32,000 bases of DNA from Geobacter metallireducens GS-15 (GTDB taxonomy: Bacteria > Desulfobacterota > Desulfuromonadia > Geobacterales > Geobacteraceae): NCBI RefSeq assembly GCF_000012925.1, contig NC_007517.1, positions 1,620,001 to 1,652,000 of the forward strand. The letters are read 5' to 3'. Below, piece after piece: positions 31,182-32,000 of this stretch. The notes under the pieces are model-generated. The model made no database searches. It was not told where the DNA came from and saw only the letters and a program-made list of their open reading frames with translations. Position 1 is the first letter of the stretch; each line of letters opens with the position of its first letter. The position numbers and the translations under genes are program-made.

Positions 31182-32000
31182 ATGCAGACAATCGTGGATT
31201 TACTTGAGGAGAGCTGCCGCAGGTTTCCGGACAAGACGGCTCTTCGTTGCAAGAATGGGGGGAGGTGGCAGGATGTTTCGTACAGAGATTTCAGGATCGC
31301 TTCCGACAGGATTGCCACGGGCCTCGTGAATAGCGGTTTCAGGGCCGGCGACCATGCGGCGCTTCTGGCGCCGTCGTCCCCCCGGTGGATGATGGTCTAC
31401 CTGGGAATCCTGAAGGCAGGGGGAGTCGTCGTTCCCGTGGACAAGGAGCTCAAGAGTCTCGAACTGCGGCACATCCTCTCCGACAGCGGGGCACGGGTGC
31501 TCTTTACGGAACGTTCTTCCCTTGAGACTGTCCTGGCCATGGGGGAGGACGTCCCCGCTCTCGACCTGATCGTAACGCTTGACGGGGGGAACGGAAATAG
31601 GGGAGGGGACGAAGACGAAACAAGCGGGGAGCAGCCGGATGACAGCCTTCAACTCCATCACGAGAAGAGTCCCATGATGGGAACCCTGGCCAGGCAATTC
31701 AACGAGCTCCTCGATGCCGAGGCTTCCGGAGATGCGTCGGGACAGGGGGCGGGACTCACGGGTAGCGCCGGGGCCGGAATAGCTGCCGATCAAGTGAAAA
31801 TCCTCCCCTACGAGAAGCTCCGTGGCACAACCGCCATCTCCCCCAAAGGGCCGAGTCCCCTGGATACCGCCATCATCCTGTACACGTCCGGCACCACCGG
31901 CCGCTCGAAAGGGGCCATGCTGAGCCACGCCAACATCACCTCGAACATCCTCGCGACCAGCGCTCATTTCAATCTGGACGAGCGGGTACACACCCTGTCG
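31182..32000 (+). CDS. Long-chain-fatty-acid--CoA ligase / AMP-dependent synthetase, N-terminal 273 codons; continues past the window end
   Basis: Not in the track because there is no stop in the window. My translation from the ATG at 31182 reads MQTIVDLLEESCRRFPDKTALRCKNGGRWQDVSYRDFRIASDRIATGLVNSGFRAGDHAALLAPSSPRWMMVYLGILKAGGVVVPVDKELK. The in-frame AMP-binding signature AIILYTSGTTGRSKGAMLSHANITSNI starts at about 31869. Confidence 0.9.
   Translation, partial: MQTIVDLLEESCRRFPDKTALRCKNGGRWQDVSYRDFRIASDRIATGLVNSGFRAGDHAALLAPSSPRWMMVYLGILKAGGVVVPVDKELKSLELRHILSDSGARVLFTERSSLETVLAMGEDVPALDLIVTLDGGNGNRGGDEDETSGEQPDDSLQLHHEKSPMMGTLARQFNELLDAEASGDASGQGAGLTGSAGAGIAADQVKILPYEKLRGTTAISPKGPSPLDTAIILYTSGTTGRSKGAMLSHANITSNILATSAHFNLDERVHTLS

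Noticed and set aside
31200-31991. 263-aa minus-strand ORF at the right edge
   Set aside because: The plus-strand frame from 31182 encodes an acyl-CoA synthetase with the exact AMP-binding signature LYTSGTTGRSKG. The minus ORF is its shadow.
1-32000. Mobile elements, CRISPR arrays, tRNA/rRNA genes, prophage or defence-island hallmarks
   Set aside because: I noticed no transposase or integrase-like translations, no regularly spaced direct repeats and no tRNA-like cloverleaf candidates in the intergenic regions. Absence is based on reading by eye, not on a search tool.

Overview
This is a high-GC bacterial chromosomal segment. By hand count, most coding blocks are about 58-77% GC. The gene content looks Geobacter/Desulfuromonadota-like, but that placement is inference only. 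I saw no rRNA, tRNA, CRISPR array, transposase or integrase.

Left arm (1-4376, minus strand): the 5' part of an S8 subtilase gene, then two PEP-CTERM-tailed secreted proteins flanking a PstS-like binding protein. This cluster has a roughly 330-nt leader that carries a GEMM-I-like (cyclic-dinucleotide riboswitch) motif. A small YezD-like gene with its own promoter and terminator follows.

Centre (4761-25670, plus strand): the most interesting part. Ten tightly packed, partly overlapping genes encode, in order:
- two periplasmic SlyD-like FKBP foldases, one of them fused to a CxxC thioredoxin fold
- a TpsB transporter
- a 3299-aa cysteine-free TpsA exoprotein
- an ExbB-type proton channel with a large DUF2341+LamG periplasmic extension, whose start codon overlaps the TpsA stop codon
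- ExbD
- a TonB-like protein
- an outer-membrane barrel with three SHOCT-like N-terminal repeats and patchy low-GC segments
- a multi-TM histidine kinase
- a receiver protein with an unrecognised output domain

I read this as a candidate proton-motive-force-coupled two-partner secretion or adhesin module that I cannot match to a described system.

Right arm (25.7-32 kb): short Cys-rich ORFs absent from the track, a secreted PHP-like metallohydrolase, a DUF3467-like protein, a zinc-ribbon mini-protein, an M28 peptidase, an alpha/beta hydrolase, and the 5' part of a long-chain acyl-CoA synthetase.

Most long antisense ORFs in the track are GC-driven shadow frames and were rejected.
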